A stretch of 64,000 bases of DNA from Candidatus Fervidifonticultor sextus (lineage in GTDB: Bacteria; Sysuimicrobiota; Sysuimicrobiia; Sysuimicrobiales; Humicultoraceae): the NCBI GenBank assembly GCA_031459875.1, contig JAVKHQ010000012.1, forward strand, positions 14,848 to 78,847, given 5' to 3'. The notes below the pieces were generated by a model, which worked only from the letters and a program-made list of their open reading frames with translations, was not told where the DNA came from and did no database searches. Below are positions 16,942-26,599 of this stretch, piece after piece. The stretch's first letter is position 1; each line of letters starts with the position of its first letter. The position numbers were made by a program, and so were the translations under genes.

Positions 16942-17919
16942 GTGAGCACCGACCTCGACCGGATCTACGCGCCCATCGCCGAGGATCTGCGTGCCCTGGG
17001 CGAGTTGCTGCGCCGCGAACTCGCCACCGACGACCCCTTCATCGGCGAACTGATCGGTCACGTGCTGGGCAGCCGGGGCAAACTGGTCCGGCCGGCGCTG
17101 GCGCTGCTGTCGGCGGCGGCAGCCGGCGGTGCCGATGAACAGCGGCTGCACCTGGCCGGGACGGTCGAACTCATCCACATCGCGTCGCTCATCCACGACG
17201 ACATCATTGACGCCGCGGACCTGCGGCGCGGGATGTCCACGGTCAACATGCTCTGGGGCAATCAGGTGGCCGTGCTGCTGGGCGACTACCTGTTTGCCAC
17301 CGCCTTCGACCTGGTGAGCCGGATCCGTCATCCGGACGTGGCGCCGGCGATCGCCACGGCGGCGGTCGCCATGAGTCAGGCCGAGATCCAGGCCGTCCGC
17401 ATCGGGGGCGAGCCTTACGAGGACGAGGCCACCTACTACAGCATCATCGAGGGGAAGACCGCGCGGCTCTTCGCGGCGGCGTGCCGGGCGGGGGCGCTGA
17501 TCGCCGGCGCGCCGCCGGCGATCGCCGACGCCCTGGAGGCCTTCGGGCTGCAGTGGGGGATGTCGTTCCAGATCACCGACGACGCCCTGGACCTGACCGG
17601 CAACCGCCAGGAACTCGGCAAGCCCATCGGCAGCGACATCGACACCGGCCGGGTGACCCTGCCGGTCATCGTGGCCCTCCGTCAGGCCTCCGAGGCCGAC
17701 CGGCAGCGCCTGTCGGCCCTGGTCCGCCACCCCTCCGGCGATGGGGCCCAGGACGAACTGCGCGCGCTGGTGGACCGCTACGGCGGGCTCCGCGCGGCCC
17801 TGGAGTCGGCGCGCAGGTTCGCAGACCAAGCCCGCGTGGCGCTGACAGACCTGCCCCCGAGCCGGGCCAAGGACAGCCTCCAGGACCTGGCGGACTTCGT
17901 CCTGGTGCGGGCGCGTTAG
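16942..17919 (+). CDS. Polyprenyl diphosphate synthase (HepT/IspB-like)
   Basis: GKLVRP, LIHDDIID...RRG, GKTARLF, FQITDDALD, GKP.G.D...G..TLP; start at GTG 16942. Confidence 0.92.
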   Translation: MSTDLDRIYAPIAEDLRALGELLRRELATDDPFIGELIGHVLGSRGKLVRPALALLSAAAAGGADEQRLHLAGTVELIHIASLIHDDIIDAADLRRGMSTVNMLWGNQVAVLLGDYLFATAFDLVSRIRHPDVAPAIATAAVAMSQAEIQAVRIGGEPYEDEATYYSIIEGKTARLFAAACRAGALIAGAPPAIADALEAFGLQWGMSFQITDDALDLTGNRQELGKPIGSDIDTGRVTLPVIVALRQASEADRQRLSALVRHPSGDGAQDELRALVDRYGGLRAALESARRFADQARVALTDLPPSRAKDSLQDLADFVLVRAR

Positions 17920-17923
17920 GAGC

Positions 17924-19693
17924 GTGAGCCTCCTCTCAGAACGGACCTGGCTGCTCAACGTTGTCGCGCTGGGCGTCGGCGCGCACCTGGCGGTCACTCT
18001 TTTCCTCCTGCTGCGCTACCTGGACACCCGCGTGCCGATGGCGGCGTGGTGGGCTGCCGCCTACGGCCTGCTCACGGCCCACGAGGTGGTGGAGGTCGCC
18101 CTGGCGGGTCCGGCCACGCCAGGCTGGATGATCGCCCGCCACCTGTTGATCCTGGGGGCCGCGCTCCTGCTGTTTGGCGCCTTTCCCGACCACCGGCGAT
18201 GGCTCCCCGTCGCCGCGCTGGCCGCGGCGCTGGCCGCCGGATCGGCCTGGCCGCTGGTGACCGCTGGCCTGGCATGGCCGTGGGCGGCGCTTGGGGCCTC
18301 GGTGCTGACCGGCGCGTTGTTCCTGGCCGCGGCCCGAGCCTACCACCGGCAGGTCGCCGACCGCCTCGATCCGGCAACCTGGCTGGTGACCTCTGCCCTG
18401 GCACTGACCGGGCTGCTCGCCCTCGGGTACCCGTTCCTGCGCCCCCAGCAGTGGGGGAGCTTTATCGGCGCCCTGTTCTCGGGCGGGTTCACGCTGATGC
18501 TCGGCGTCGGCCTGATCCTCCGTACCTGGCATGACACCCGCGAGGCGGAACTGCTGAACGCCATCGCCGTCGTCCTGAACAAGACCATGAACGTGCGCGA
18601 TGCCCTGGGGGAGGCGCTGCGCCTGGTGGCCTCATTGCTGGGGATCGAGAGCGGATGGGTTTTCCTCCGCCGAGGCGGCCAATACGCGCTGGCGGCGTCC
18701 CACGGACTGCCGGTCCCGCTGGCCGCCGACGGCGGCGCCCGCATGGAGGGAGACTGCCGGTGCCTGCGATTGCTGGCCGGGGGCGAACTGCCCCTGGCCG
18801 TCAACATCCTGGATTGCCAGCGCATGGCCGACGCTGGCCTGCTGCACGCCCGTCACGCCAGCGTGCCGCTGCGGGCCAGCACCTCCACCGTCGGGCTGAT
18901 GAACCTGGTCCTGCCCGGGGGGCGGCCCGTGGAGGAGCGCCGGCTGCAGATGCTGTCCGCGGTGGGCCACCAGATCGGACTGGCGATCGAGCGCGGGCTG
19001 CTGTTCGAGGAGGTGGTGGCCAAGGAGCGGACGCGAGGCCAGCTCATCGAGAAACTCCTCACCGCCCACGAGGACGAACGGCGCCGCATCGCCCGCGAGC
19101 TCCACGACGAGGCCGGCCAGGCCCTGACCGCTCTGATCGTGAACCTGGAACTGGCCGCCCAGGAGACCGACCCGCACCGCCTCCGGGCGCAACTGGGGCA
19201 ACTGCGGGAACTGGCCGAACGGACCCTGGGCGAGATCCGGCGCCTCATCTATGACCTGCGCCCGTCCATCCTGGACGACCTGGGCCTGGTCGCCGCCCTG
19301 CGCTGGTACGCCAAGAACCTCCTCGATCCGCGGGGGATCGCCTGGTCTCTCTCGGTCAACGGAATGAGCGGCCGGCTGCCGGTGGGGCTGGAAACCGTGG
19401 TCTTCCGCGTGGTCCAGGAGGCGCTGACGAACGTGGTCCGGCACGCCGAGGCTTCCCAGGTCACGGTGGACCTGACGGTGGCCGGGAGGGAGCTGCGCGT
19501 CCGCATTGAAGACAACGGCCGGGGTTTCGATCCCGGCAGGCCCCGCCCGGCCGGCCGCGGCGGAGGGTACGGCCTGCTGGGGATGCAGGAACGGGTAGAA
19601 TTAGTAGGGGGCCGATGGGAGGTCCAGTCCACGCCCGGCGTCGGAACCGTCGTCGCCGCGACCCTGCCGATTCGCGACGAGGGGGCGGCATGA
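17924..19693 (+). CDS. Membrane sensor histidine kinase (multi-TM, Cys-rich GAF, HisKA_3, HATPase)
   Basis: ERRRIARELHDEAGQAL, QEALTNVVRHA, DNGRGFD, GLLGMQER; GAF with CRC...NILDC...HASVPL. Confidence 0.92.
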   Translation: MSLLSERTWLLNVVALGVGAHLAVTLFLLLRYLDTRVPMAAWWAAAYGLLTAHEVVEVALAGPATPGWMIARHLLILGAALLLFGAFPDHRRWLPVAALAAALAAGSAWPLVTAGLAWPWAALGASVLTGALFLAAARAYHRQVADRLDPATWLVTSALALTGLLALGYPFLRPQQWGSFIGALFSGGFTLMLGVGLILRTWHDTREAELLNAIAVVLNKTMNVRDALGEALRLVASLLGIESGWVFLRRGGQYALAASHGLPVPLAADGGARMEGDCRCLRLLAGGELPLAVNILDCQRMADAGLLHARHASVPLRASTSTVGLMNLVLPGGRPVEERRLQMLSAVGHQIGLAIERGLLFEEVVAKERTRGQLIEKLLTAHEDERRRIARELHDEAGQALTALIVNLELAAQETDPHRLRAQLGQLRELAERTLGEIRRLIYDLRPSILDDLGLVAALRWYAKNLLDPRGIAWSLSVNGMSGRLPVGLETVVFRVVQEALTNVVRHAEASQVTVDLTVAGRELRVRIEDNGRGFDPGRPRPAGRGGGYGLLGMQERVELVGGRWEVQSTPGVGTVVAATLPIRDEGAA

Positions 19694-20346
19694 AGAAGAT
19701 CCGCGTGCTCATCGTCGACGACCACGCCATCGTCCGCGAGGGCGTGCGCATGATCCTCTCCGCCCACCCGGAGATCCAGGTAGTCGGCGAGGCCGGGACC
19801 GGTGAGCAGGCCGTGGCGATGGCCCAGACGCTGCGCCCCGACGTGGTCATCATGGACATCAGCATGCCCGGGATGAACGGGATCGAGGCCACGCAGCAGA
19901 TCCGCGCCAGGGTCCCGGAGACCAGTGTGCTGGCGCTGACGATGCACGAGGATGACCACTATGTGTTCCAGCTGCTGCGGGCTGGCGCCTCGGGCTACGT
20001 GCTCAAGCGCGCGGCGGCCACCGATCTGGTCGACGCCGTGCGGGCGGCCAGCCGGGGCGAGGCGTTCCTCTACCCGTCGGTGGCCAAGAGCGTGGTCCAG
20101 GACTACCTCCGGCGGCTCGAGCGGGGCGAGGCCGAGCGCAAGCCCTACGACGGGCTCACCGAGCGGGAGCGGGAGGTCCTCACCCTCATCGCCGACGGGC
20201 ACACCAACCAGGAAATCGCCAACCGCCTCTTCATCAGCATCAAAACCGTCCAGACCCACCGGGCGCACATCTTCGAGAAACTCGGCCTGCACGACCGGAC
20301 CGAACTGGTGCGCTACGCCATCCGGGTGGGGTTGATCGAGCCGTAG
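19690..20346 (+). CDS. NarL/LuxR-family response regulator
   Basis: IVDDH, PDVVIMDISMP, LTEREREVL...HTH; ATGA overlap with kinase. Confidence 0.95.
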   Translation: MKKIRVLIVDDHAIVREGVRMILSAHPEIQVVGEAGTGEQAVAMAQTLRPDVVIMDISMPGMNGIEATQQIRARVPETSVLALTMHEDDHYVFQLLRAGASGYVLKRAAATDLVDAVRAASRGEAFLYPSVAKSVVQDYLRRLERGEAERKPYDGLTEREREVLTLIADGHTNQEIANRLFISIKTVQTHRAHIFEKLGLHDRTELVRYAIRVGLIEP

Positions 20347-20354
20347 GGGGGCGT

Positions 20355-21431
20355 ATGACCTTCGCCTGTTCCGGACATCCGCGCAGCGCCCGGCAGCGCT
20401 GGTTCATCGAGGGGCTCCGGCGGGTGTTGCGCGCCCACGATCTGGAAGAGACCGGTCCCGACCGCGCGCCCAGGATCGTCCTCCACCTGGCCGACCGCAT
20501 GGCGCCCCGGCCGTTCCGCCGCCGGGCGCAGGCGACCTTTGTCGTGGGCATCGTCGAGGGCCCGATCCCCGAGGGTCCCGTGCTCGCGGCCCTCTACCCG
20601 CTGCTGGTGCGCACCCTGGCCAACATGCTGCTCTACCTGACCGACGGCAGTGGGAGCCCGCTGGCCTACGTGGTGACCCTGGAGCAGGGCTACTTCACGA
20701 TTCAGGAGCGCGAGGACGGCGTCTTCTTCGAGCAGGTCTTCGAGCGGCTCTACCCGCTGGCCTCGGCGCAACTGGTCATCAACAATGAGTTCCACGCCGA
20801 CCTGGAACCCGAGCTGTGGGGAGGCGACCGCCTGACCGAGGCGCTGGCCGCCGCCGGCCGGCGGCTGGACGAGCTGCACCTGCTGCCGACCCCGTTTCCC
20901 ATCGAGGAGCTGTTGGGCCCGCGGGAACTGGCGCACGTGCGGCGCCTGTTCGGGATCGGGGGCCTGTCCTACGGGAACCTGAGCGTCCGCAAGGACCCCC
21001 GCCGGTTCTGGATGAGCGCCAGCGGGGTCAACAAGGGCGCCATGAAGACCGTAGGGCGGGACATCCTCATGGTGAAGGGCTACGACCCCGGCCGCAACGT
21101 CATCCTGCTGTCGGTCCCGCCGAACCTCGAGCCGCGCCGGGTGTCGGTGGACGCCATCGAGCACTGGATGATCTACACCGAGCACCCCGGGGTCGGCGCC
21201 ATCATCCACGTCCATGCGTGGATGGACGGTATTCCTTCGACCCAGATCCAGTACCCGTGCGGCACGCTGCAACTCGCGCAGGCCGTCGCCGATCTCGTGC
21301 GGGCGGCGCCGGATCCCACCCGGGCGGTCATCGGCCAGCGCAACCACGGGCTGACGATCACCGGCCCCACCCTCGAGGACATCCTGGAGCGGATCGACGG
21401 ACGGCTGCTGCCCCGCGTGCCGATGGTGTAG
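20355..21431 (+). CDS. Class II aldolase/adducin-family protein with an unrecognised N-terminal domain
   Basis: GNLSVR, MSASGV.K, SVDAIEH..IY, AIIHVH, NHG. Confidence 0.7.
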   Translation: MTFACSGHPRSARQRWFIEGLRRVLRAHDLEETGPDRAPRIVLHLADRMAPRPFRRRAQATFVVGIVEGPIPEGPVLAALYPLLVRTLANMLLYLTDGSGSPLAYVVTLEQGYFTIQEREDGVFFEQVFERLYPLASAQLVINNEFHADLEPELWGGDRLTEALAAAGRRLDELHLLPTPFPIEELLGPRELAHVRRLFGIGGLSYGNLSVRKDPRRFWMSASGVNKGAMKTVGRDILMVKGYDPGRNVILLSVPPNLEPRRVSVDAIEHWMIYTEHPGVGAIIHVHAWMDGIPSTQIQYPCGTLQLAQAVADLVRAAPDPTRAVIGQRNHGLTITGPTLEDILERIDGRLLPRVPMV

Positions 21432-21458
21432 GCCGATCGGCCAGGAGGCCCGAGAGGA

Positions 21459-22301
21459 CTACTGGCCCGCGCGCCAGCGGTGGGGGCGGTGGCAGACGGT
21501 GCACGGCGTGGTCTTCAGCACCTCCGCCGGGTGGATCTGCGGCTTCGGGCGCTCGTGGCACGTCGTGCACACCACGACGGGTCGGGCCTGTTCGTGCGGC
21601 CGGTGACACTGGCTGCAGGCGAACTGCATCGGGGCATCGGGAGGCCACGACCCGACCTCGCGCGGGATGAGCCGGTGACACTCGAGGCAGGTCTGTCGGC
21701 CCGGACGCAGCGGCGTCTCGGCCCGCAGGAACTCATGGCAGTCCACGCAGTGCTGGTCGGCCATGGCCCGAATCTTGATGGCCCGTTCACCGCGGGTCTG
21801 GGCCACGTGGCAGGTCCCGCAGATCTCGGTGGGCGGGGTGAAGCGGTGGATGCTGGGCGCATGGCAGACCACGCACTGGATCTGGCGCTGCTGCGCGTGG
21901 ATCCGGTGCCCGGCGGTGGCCGCCACCTGCCGCCACCGGGGATCGCCGCTCTCATGGCAGCGGGCGCAGACTTCCTTGGGGACCACGGCGTGCCGGCCGA
22001 CCCGCTGCGGCTGACGGACCACAAACGTGATGACCTGCCGGGCGCTCTCGACGATGCTCGCCTCGTGACAGGCGTGGCAGTCCACCGTCCGGTGCTCGCT
22101 GGTCCGCCAGCGGTCCCAGGCCGGTTCCATGATGTGGCAGGACCGACAGAAGGCGGGGTCGTTCATGGTGTAATCCACCCCGCGCGCGACCCCGTAGACG
22201 GCGGCCGCCAGCAGGCCCAGACCCAACACCACGGCTCCGGCGGCCACCGGGCGCGGCCAGGCCCGCATGCGCTGGGACAGCGCGCGCAGCCACGTGCGCA
22301 C
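21459..22301 (-). CDS. Membrane-anchored decaheme cytochrome c with NapC/NrfH-like N-terminus
   Basis: N-terminal TM, YT...FCRSCHIM (CxxCHxM), 10 CxxCH motifs; start uncertain. Confidence 0.88.
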   Translation of the reverse strand: MRTWLRALSQRMRAWPRPVAAGAVVLGLGLLAAAVYGVARGVDYTMNDPAFCRSCHIMEPAWDRWRTSEHRTVDCHACHEASIVESARQVITFVVRQPQRVGRHAVVPKEVCARCHESGDPRWRQVAATAGHRIHAQQRQIQCVVCHAPSIHRFTPPTEICGTCHVAQTRGERAIKIRAMADQHCVDCHEFLRAETPLRPGRQTCLECHRLIPREVGSWPPDAPMQFACSQCHRPHEQARPVVVCTTCHERPKPQIHPAEVLKTTPCTVCHRPHRWRAGQ

Positions 22302-22464
22302 CCGCCTCAGGGTTGCACCTCGGGAGCGATGGATCGGAGCATCAGGTCAACCGGACGCAGGATGCCGGATGGGGGATTTCCCTGCCTCCAGGCCAAACCC
22401 TGCCGGCCTGCCCGCACCCCGGGCGCCCGACGCTGCGCGGTGCCGCCTGGGATCGCCTAGGGTC

Positions 22465-25020
22465 ATGGAGCGCCTCGTCCCCGTCTTCTTTGTCTACGGG
22501 CTCGCCTTCTTCGCCATGGGGCTGGCCATCGCGCTGGAAGCCCGCCGCGCCAGCGCGTTGGTGCTCTCCCGCCCGCTCCGCTACCTGGCAGTGTTCGGCC
22601 TGCTGCACGCCGCGGTGGAGTGGATCGACATGTGGATGATCGGGCCGGCTGTCGGGGCCGCCTCGCCGGCGCTTCGCATCCTCCGCCTGGCCCTGTTTGC
22701 CGGCTCCACGGTGGCGCTGGCCCAGTTCGGGGCCGACGTGATCGCCTCGACCGGGCGCCATCTCGCGGCGATCCGCTGGCTGCCGCTGCTGCTGGCCGTG
22801 TTCTGGACGCTGAACTGGGCGGTGATCCCGCACCTGGCGCCGGTGCCGGCCGGGGAGGTCCCCCGGACTCCGTCCTGCCTGCAGTGCCACGCCGCCGCGC
22901 TGCCTCCCGGGTCGGGTGCCTCCACTGCCCCGCTGGCGCCGGCCACCGTGCTGGCGGACGTCTGGTTGCGCTACCTGATCTACCTGCCGGGCTCGCTGCT
23001 GGCGGCGGCTGCCTTCTGGATGGTGGGACGCCGCCTGGCCGGGGAGGACTACCCCCAGATCGCGCAGGACTGCCGGTGGACGGCGATGGCCTTTGCGGCC
23101 AACGCCATGATGGCCGGCCTCGTCGTGCCGCCCGCGGCCTTTTTCCCGGCCTCGGTGTTGAACTACGACCGGTTCTTCGCCGCAGTCGGCGTGCCGCCGC
23201 AACTCTTCCGCGCGGGCATTGCGGTGCTCATCGCCGCGCTGGTGTTGCGGGTCCTGCGGGTCTTCGAACAGGAGGCCTCCCGGCGCCTGGCCGCCGCCAC
23301 CGAGGCGAGGCTTGCCGCGCAGCAGCAGGCGCTGGAGGCGGTCGAGGCGGCGCGGGAGGCCGCAGAGCACTGGAACCGGACCCTGGAAGAGCGCGTGGCT
23401 GCCCGGACGCAGGAACTGGAGCGCCGCACGCGGGAGCTGGCCGCCCTCAACGCCATCGCGTCCACCGTGACGGGGTCGCTCGACCTGCAGGCCATCCTCG
23501 AAGCCACCGTGGACCGCCTGCTCGACCTCGTGGGCGCCGACGGAGGCGGGATCGTGCTCCGCCCGTCTTCGCCCGGCGGGCAGGCCTACCGGGTGTTCAG
23601 GGGGCCGGCCGCCGTCGAAGCCGAGCGCCTTGGCGGGTTCGAGCCCGGCGCCGTGGCCTCGGGCGTGATCGTCTTCCCGGAAGGGGGGGCGGGCCGGCCC
23701 TTCCTGCGGGTGCCGCTGCGCGCCAAGGACCGGCTGCTCGGCGAACTCGTGATCCTGGGACCGCCCGGCACCCAGTACGGCGATGGGGAGGTCGCCCTGC
23801 TGACCACGGTGGCCCAGCAGGTGGGTGTCGCGGTGGAGAACGCCCGGCTCTTCCACGAGACGGCGGCGCGCCGCCGCGAAGCCGAAACCCTCTACCGCCT
23901 GGGGGTTGAGATTACCGCGCTCTCGGACGTGAACCGCGTCCTGGACCTGGTGACCTCCAGCGCCCGCGACCTGCTGGCCGCAGACGTGGCCATGCTCAGC
24001 CTGGTGGATGCCGCCGGCCGGGTGGTGGTCCTCCGCGCGGCCAGCGGGCTGCGTGCCGACGCGCTCGCAGGCGTCGAACTGGCGCTCGGCCAGGGGCTGG
24101 CCGGTCAGGTCGTCCTCACCGGCCAGCCCCTTGTCGTGGCTGACTACCTGACCGAGGCCCGGATCTCCCGTGAGGACCCCATGGTGCGGCAGGAGGGCCT
24201 GCGGACCCACGTGGGCGTCCCGATCTCCGCCCGCGGGCGCGCGATCGGCTGCCTGGCGGTGGCGTACCGCCGCCGGCAGCCCGTGACCGACGACGACGTG
24301 CACCTGCTGAGCCGGATGGCCAATCAGGCGGCCATCGCCATCGAGAATGCCCGCCTCTATGAGCAGGTGCAGAGCCTCGCCATCCTGGAAGAGCGGGACC
24401 GCCTGGGCCGCGAAATGCACGACAGCCTCGGACAGAGCCTGGGGTTGTTGAACCTCAAGGTCAAGCTCGTCGAGGACCTGGTGAGCGCCGGTCGGACGCA
24501 CGAGGCCCAGGAGGAACTGGCCCAGATCCGTCAGACGATCCGCGAGGCCTATGACGAAGTCCGGCACGCCATCATGGGCCTGCGGACCTCCGGGGCCCGC
24601 GAGGACCTGGAAGTCGCCCTCCGCGTGCAGGTGGCGCGGTTCCGCGAGCAGGCCAGACTCCCCGTCGTCTACGAGGTGGCCGGTCCCATCCCCACGGTAC
24701 CAGCCCTGGCCGCGGTGCAGATCACGCGCATCGTGCAGGAGGCGCTGACCAACGTCCGGAAGCACGCAGAGGCGAAGGCCGTGCGGGTCACGCTGGGCGT
24801 GGAGGACAGCCGTCTGGCGGTGCGCATCGTCGACGACGGCCGCGGGTTCGACGTCGAGGCCACCCAGCAGGCCCCTGGCGCCCGGTTCGGCCTGGAGACC
24901 ATGCGGGAGCGCGCCGAGAGCATCGGGGGCACGCTGACCGTCACGTCCGCACCCGGGGCCGGGACGACGGTGGCGCTCTCGGTGCCGGTGCCGGAGCCGG
25001 CATCGCCCCCCCGCTCCTAG
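22465..25020 (+). CDS. Sensor histidine kinase (about 7 TM with a CxxCH loop, two GAF, HisKA_3, HATPase)
   Basis: ERDRLGREMHDSLGQ, QEALTNVRKHA, DDGRGFD, GLETMRER; CLQCH at 22876-22890; start at ATG 22465. Confidence 0.9.
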   Translation: MERLVPVFFVYGLAFFAMGLAIALEARRASALVLSRPLRYLAVFGLLHAAVEWIDMWMIGPAVGAASPALRILRLALFAGSTVALAQFGADVIASTGRHLAAIRWLPLLLAVFWTLNWAVIPHLAPVPAGEVPRTPSCLQCHAAALPPGSGASTAPLAPATVLADVWLRYLIYLPGSLLAAAAFWMVGRRLAGEDYPQIAQDCRWTAMAFAANAMMAGLVVPPAAFFPASVLNYDRFFAAVGVPPQLFRAGIAVLIAALVLRVLRVFEQEASRRLAAATEARLAAQQQALEAVEAAREAAEHWNRTLEERVAARTQELERRTRELAALNAIASTVTGSLDLQAILEATVDRLLDLVGADGGGIVLRPSSPGGQAYRVFRGPAAVEAERLGGFEPGAVASGVIVFPEGGAGRPFLRVPLRAKDRLLGELVILGPPGTQYGDGEVALLTTVAQQVGVAVENARLFHETAARRREAETLYRLGVEITALSDVNRVLDLVTSSARDLLAADVAMLSLVDAAGRVVVLRAASGLRADALAGVELALGQGLAGQVVLTGQPLVVADYLTEARISREDPMVRQEGLRTHVGVPISARGRAIGCLAVAYRRRQPVTDDDVHLLSRMANQAAIAIENARLYEQVQSLAILEERDRLGREMHDSLGQSLGLLNLKVKLVEDLVSAGRTHEAQEELAQIRQTIREAYDEVRHAIMGLRTSGAREDLEVALRVQVARFREQARLPVVYEVAGPIPTVPALAAVQITRIVQEALTNVRKHAEAKAVRVTLGVEDSRLAVRIVDDGRGFDVEATQQAPGARFGLETMRERAESIGGTLTVTSAPGAGTTVALSVPVPEPASPPRS

Positions 25021-25034
25021 CGGGAGTTCGGAAG

Positions 25035-25745
25035 ATGGAGAAGATCCGGGTCCTGCTCGCCGACGACCATGCGCTGTTCCGGCGCGGGCTGGCCAGCCTG
25101 CTGGCGAACCGCGACGACCTCGAGGTGGTGGGGGAGGCCTCAAGCGGTGAGGAAGCCATCGACCGTGCCCGGGAACTGATGCCCGACGTCATCCTGATGG
25201 ACGTCCGGATGCCGGGGGAGGGCGGCCTGGAGGCCACGCGCCGCATCAAGGAGGAGATGCCCTACGTCAGGATCGTCATCCTGACGGTCTCCGAGGATGA
25301 GGAAGACCTCTTCGCCGCCATCAAACACGGAGCGCAGGGCTACCTGCTCAAGAACATCGACCCCGACGACCTGATCGCCTGCATCCACCAGGTCCAGCGC
25401 GGGGAGGCGCCGCTGGCCCCGGCCATGGCGACCAAGATCCTCCGCGAGTTCAGCGCGGCCGCCCCCCGCCCCGGGCCGACCCTGACCCCCAGGGAGCGCC
25501 AGGTGCTCGAGCTCGTCGCCAGGGGCGATGCCAACAAGGAGATCGCCCGGGCCCTCCAGATCTCCGAGAACACGGTCAAGAACCACCTGCGCAACATCCT
25601 CGAGAAACTCCACCTCCAGAACCGGGTGCAGGCGGTCATGTACGCGCTGCGGGAAGGCCTGATCTCCCCGCCGGGCGGCGGCCGGCACGAGGGCCGCGAC
25701 CCCGAAGATCCCCCATCTAGTCAGGACGGACGAGGCAGGACCTAG
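25035..25745 (+). CDS. NarL/LuxR-family response regulator
   Basis: LADDH, PDVILMDVRMP, LTPRERQVL, TVKNHLRNILEKL. Confidence 0.95.
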   Translation: MEKIRVLLADDHALFRRGLASLLANRDDLEVVGEASSGEEAIDRARELMPDVILMDVRMPGEGGLEATRRIKEEMPYVRIVILTVSEDEEDLFAAIKHGAQGYLLKNIDPDDLIACIHQVQRGEAPLAPAMATKILREFSAAAPRPGPTLTPRERQVLELVARGDANKEIARALQISENTVKNHLRNILEKLHLQNRVQAVMYALREGLISPPGGGRHEGRDPEDPPSSQDGRGRT

Positions 25746-25787
25746 CCGCCCCGGACCACGGCGGCCGCTCCGGCACCACCCGGAGGG

Positions 25788-25803
25788 GGCATCCGGGGAT
25801 GCC
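25788..25803. promoter_or_regulatory. Candidate 7-2-7 operator GGCATCC-GG-GGATGCC
   Basis: Perfect 7-bp inverted arms in the intergenic region just after a NarL-type regulator; the same arms recur at 38379-38398. Confidence 0.4.
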
Positions 25804-25887
25804 TCGATGTTCCTCTGCCCGATCGCCCCAACCAGCGATTGGCCCGGCGCGGGCCCACCCCTACCCTGAAGTCAGGAGAGATCGGCG

Positions 25888-26238
25888 ATGCGCTGCCGGG
25901 TCCTGATCTGGTCTGCACGGTCCGTCTTCGTGAAGGCGATGCGCAGCCTGGCGGCCCGCGAAGGGCTGGAGGTCCTCGCCGTCGCCAGGACGCCCGAAGC
26001 GGCGCTGGCATGCGCGCGGATGCACCGGCCGGATGCGGTGCTGGTGGATCGGGAGACCGAGGAACGCCATCCGGACGGGGTGGTGCACCTGATGACCGAG
26101 GGCGCCCCGACCAAGGTCGTGGCGGTGGACCTGCTGGGCGAGTCGGCCATCGTGCTCGAGGGCCGGTGGGCTCCGGCGGTGACGGTTCGAGACCTGCTCC
26201 AGGTGATCGAGGGGGGCCTGGCATCCCAGGCCGCATGA
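25888..26238 (+). CDS. Hypothetical protein, degenerate stand-alone receiver-like domain
   Basis: AGGAG RBS; GLEVLAVA....AL......RPDAVLVD resembles receiver beta2-beta3. Confidence 0.55.
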   Translation: MRCRVLIWSARSVFVKAMRSLAAREGLEVLAVARTPEAALACARMHRPDAVLVDRETEERHPDGVVHLMTEGAPTKVVAVDLLGESAIVLEGRWAPAVTVRDLLQVIEGGLASQAA

Positions 26239-26252
26239 AGGGAGGGACCACC

Positions 26253-26459
26253 ATGCACCCGATCGGCATCGCGCTGGCGTTCCTGGTGTTCTGGTCGTTT
26301 GCGGCTGTCGGCGTGTTCCTGCTGGCATCCGGCGGCCGGCGACTCCGCCAGGCCCGCAACGCGTTCTGGGCGCTGGTCAGCGGCGCCGTCATGCTGCTGG
26401 GGGTGGCGCTCACGGGCGCGGGTGTCTACGCGACGTTTGTCGTCCTCTACGGTCGGTAG
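26253..26459 (+). CDS. Small two-TM membrane protein
   Basis: GGAGGG RBS, ATG 26253, two hydrophobic helices. Confidence 0.65.
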   Translation: MHPIGIALAFLVFWSFAAVGVFLLASGGRRLRQARNAFWALVSGAVMLLGVALTGAGVYATFVVLYGR

Positions 26460-26559
26460 CATCCCGGCGCGTCTGCGGCCGCAGCATCCGGCCTGCGCGT
26501 GACGGAGCCACGGGAGCACCGGACAGGCGTGCGCCTGCCGCCCCGTGGCTTTCGTGTTG

Positions 26560-26568
26560 TGCTATCCT
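26560..26568 (+). promoter_or_regulatory. Candidate extended -10 element (TG-C-TATCCT) upstream of the heptaheme cytochrome
   Basis: TGnTAnnnT pattern about 30 bp before the 26600 start. Confidence 0.35.
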
Positions 26569-26599
26569 AGGGGCAATGCCGGTCGTCGAGGGGGCCTGA

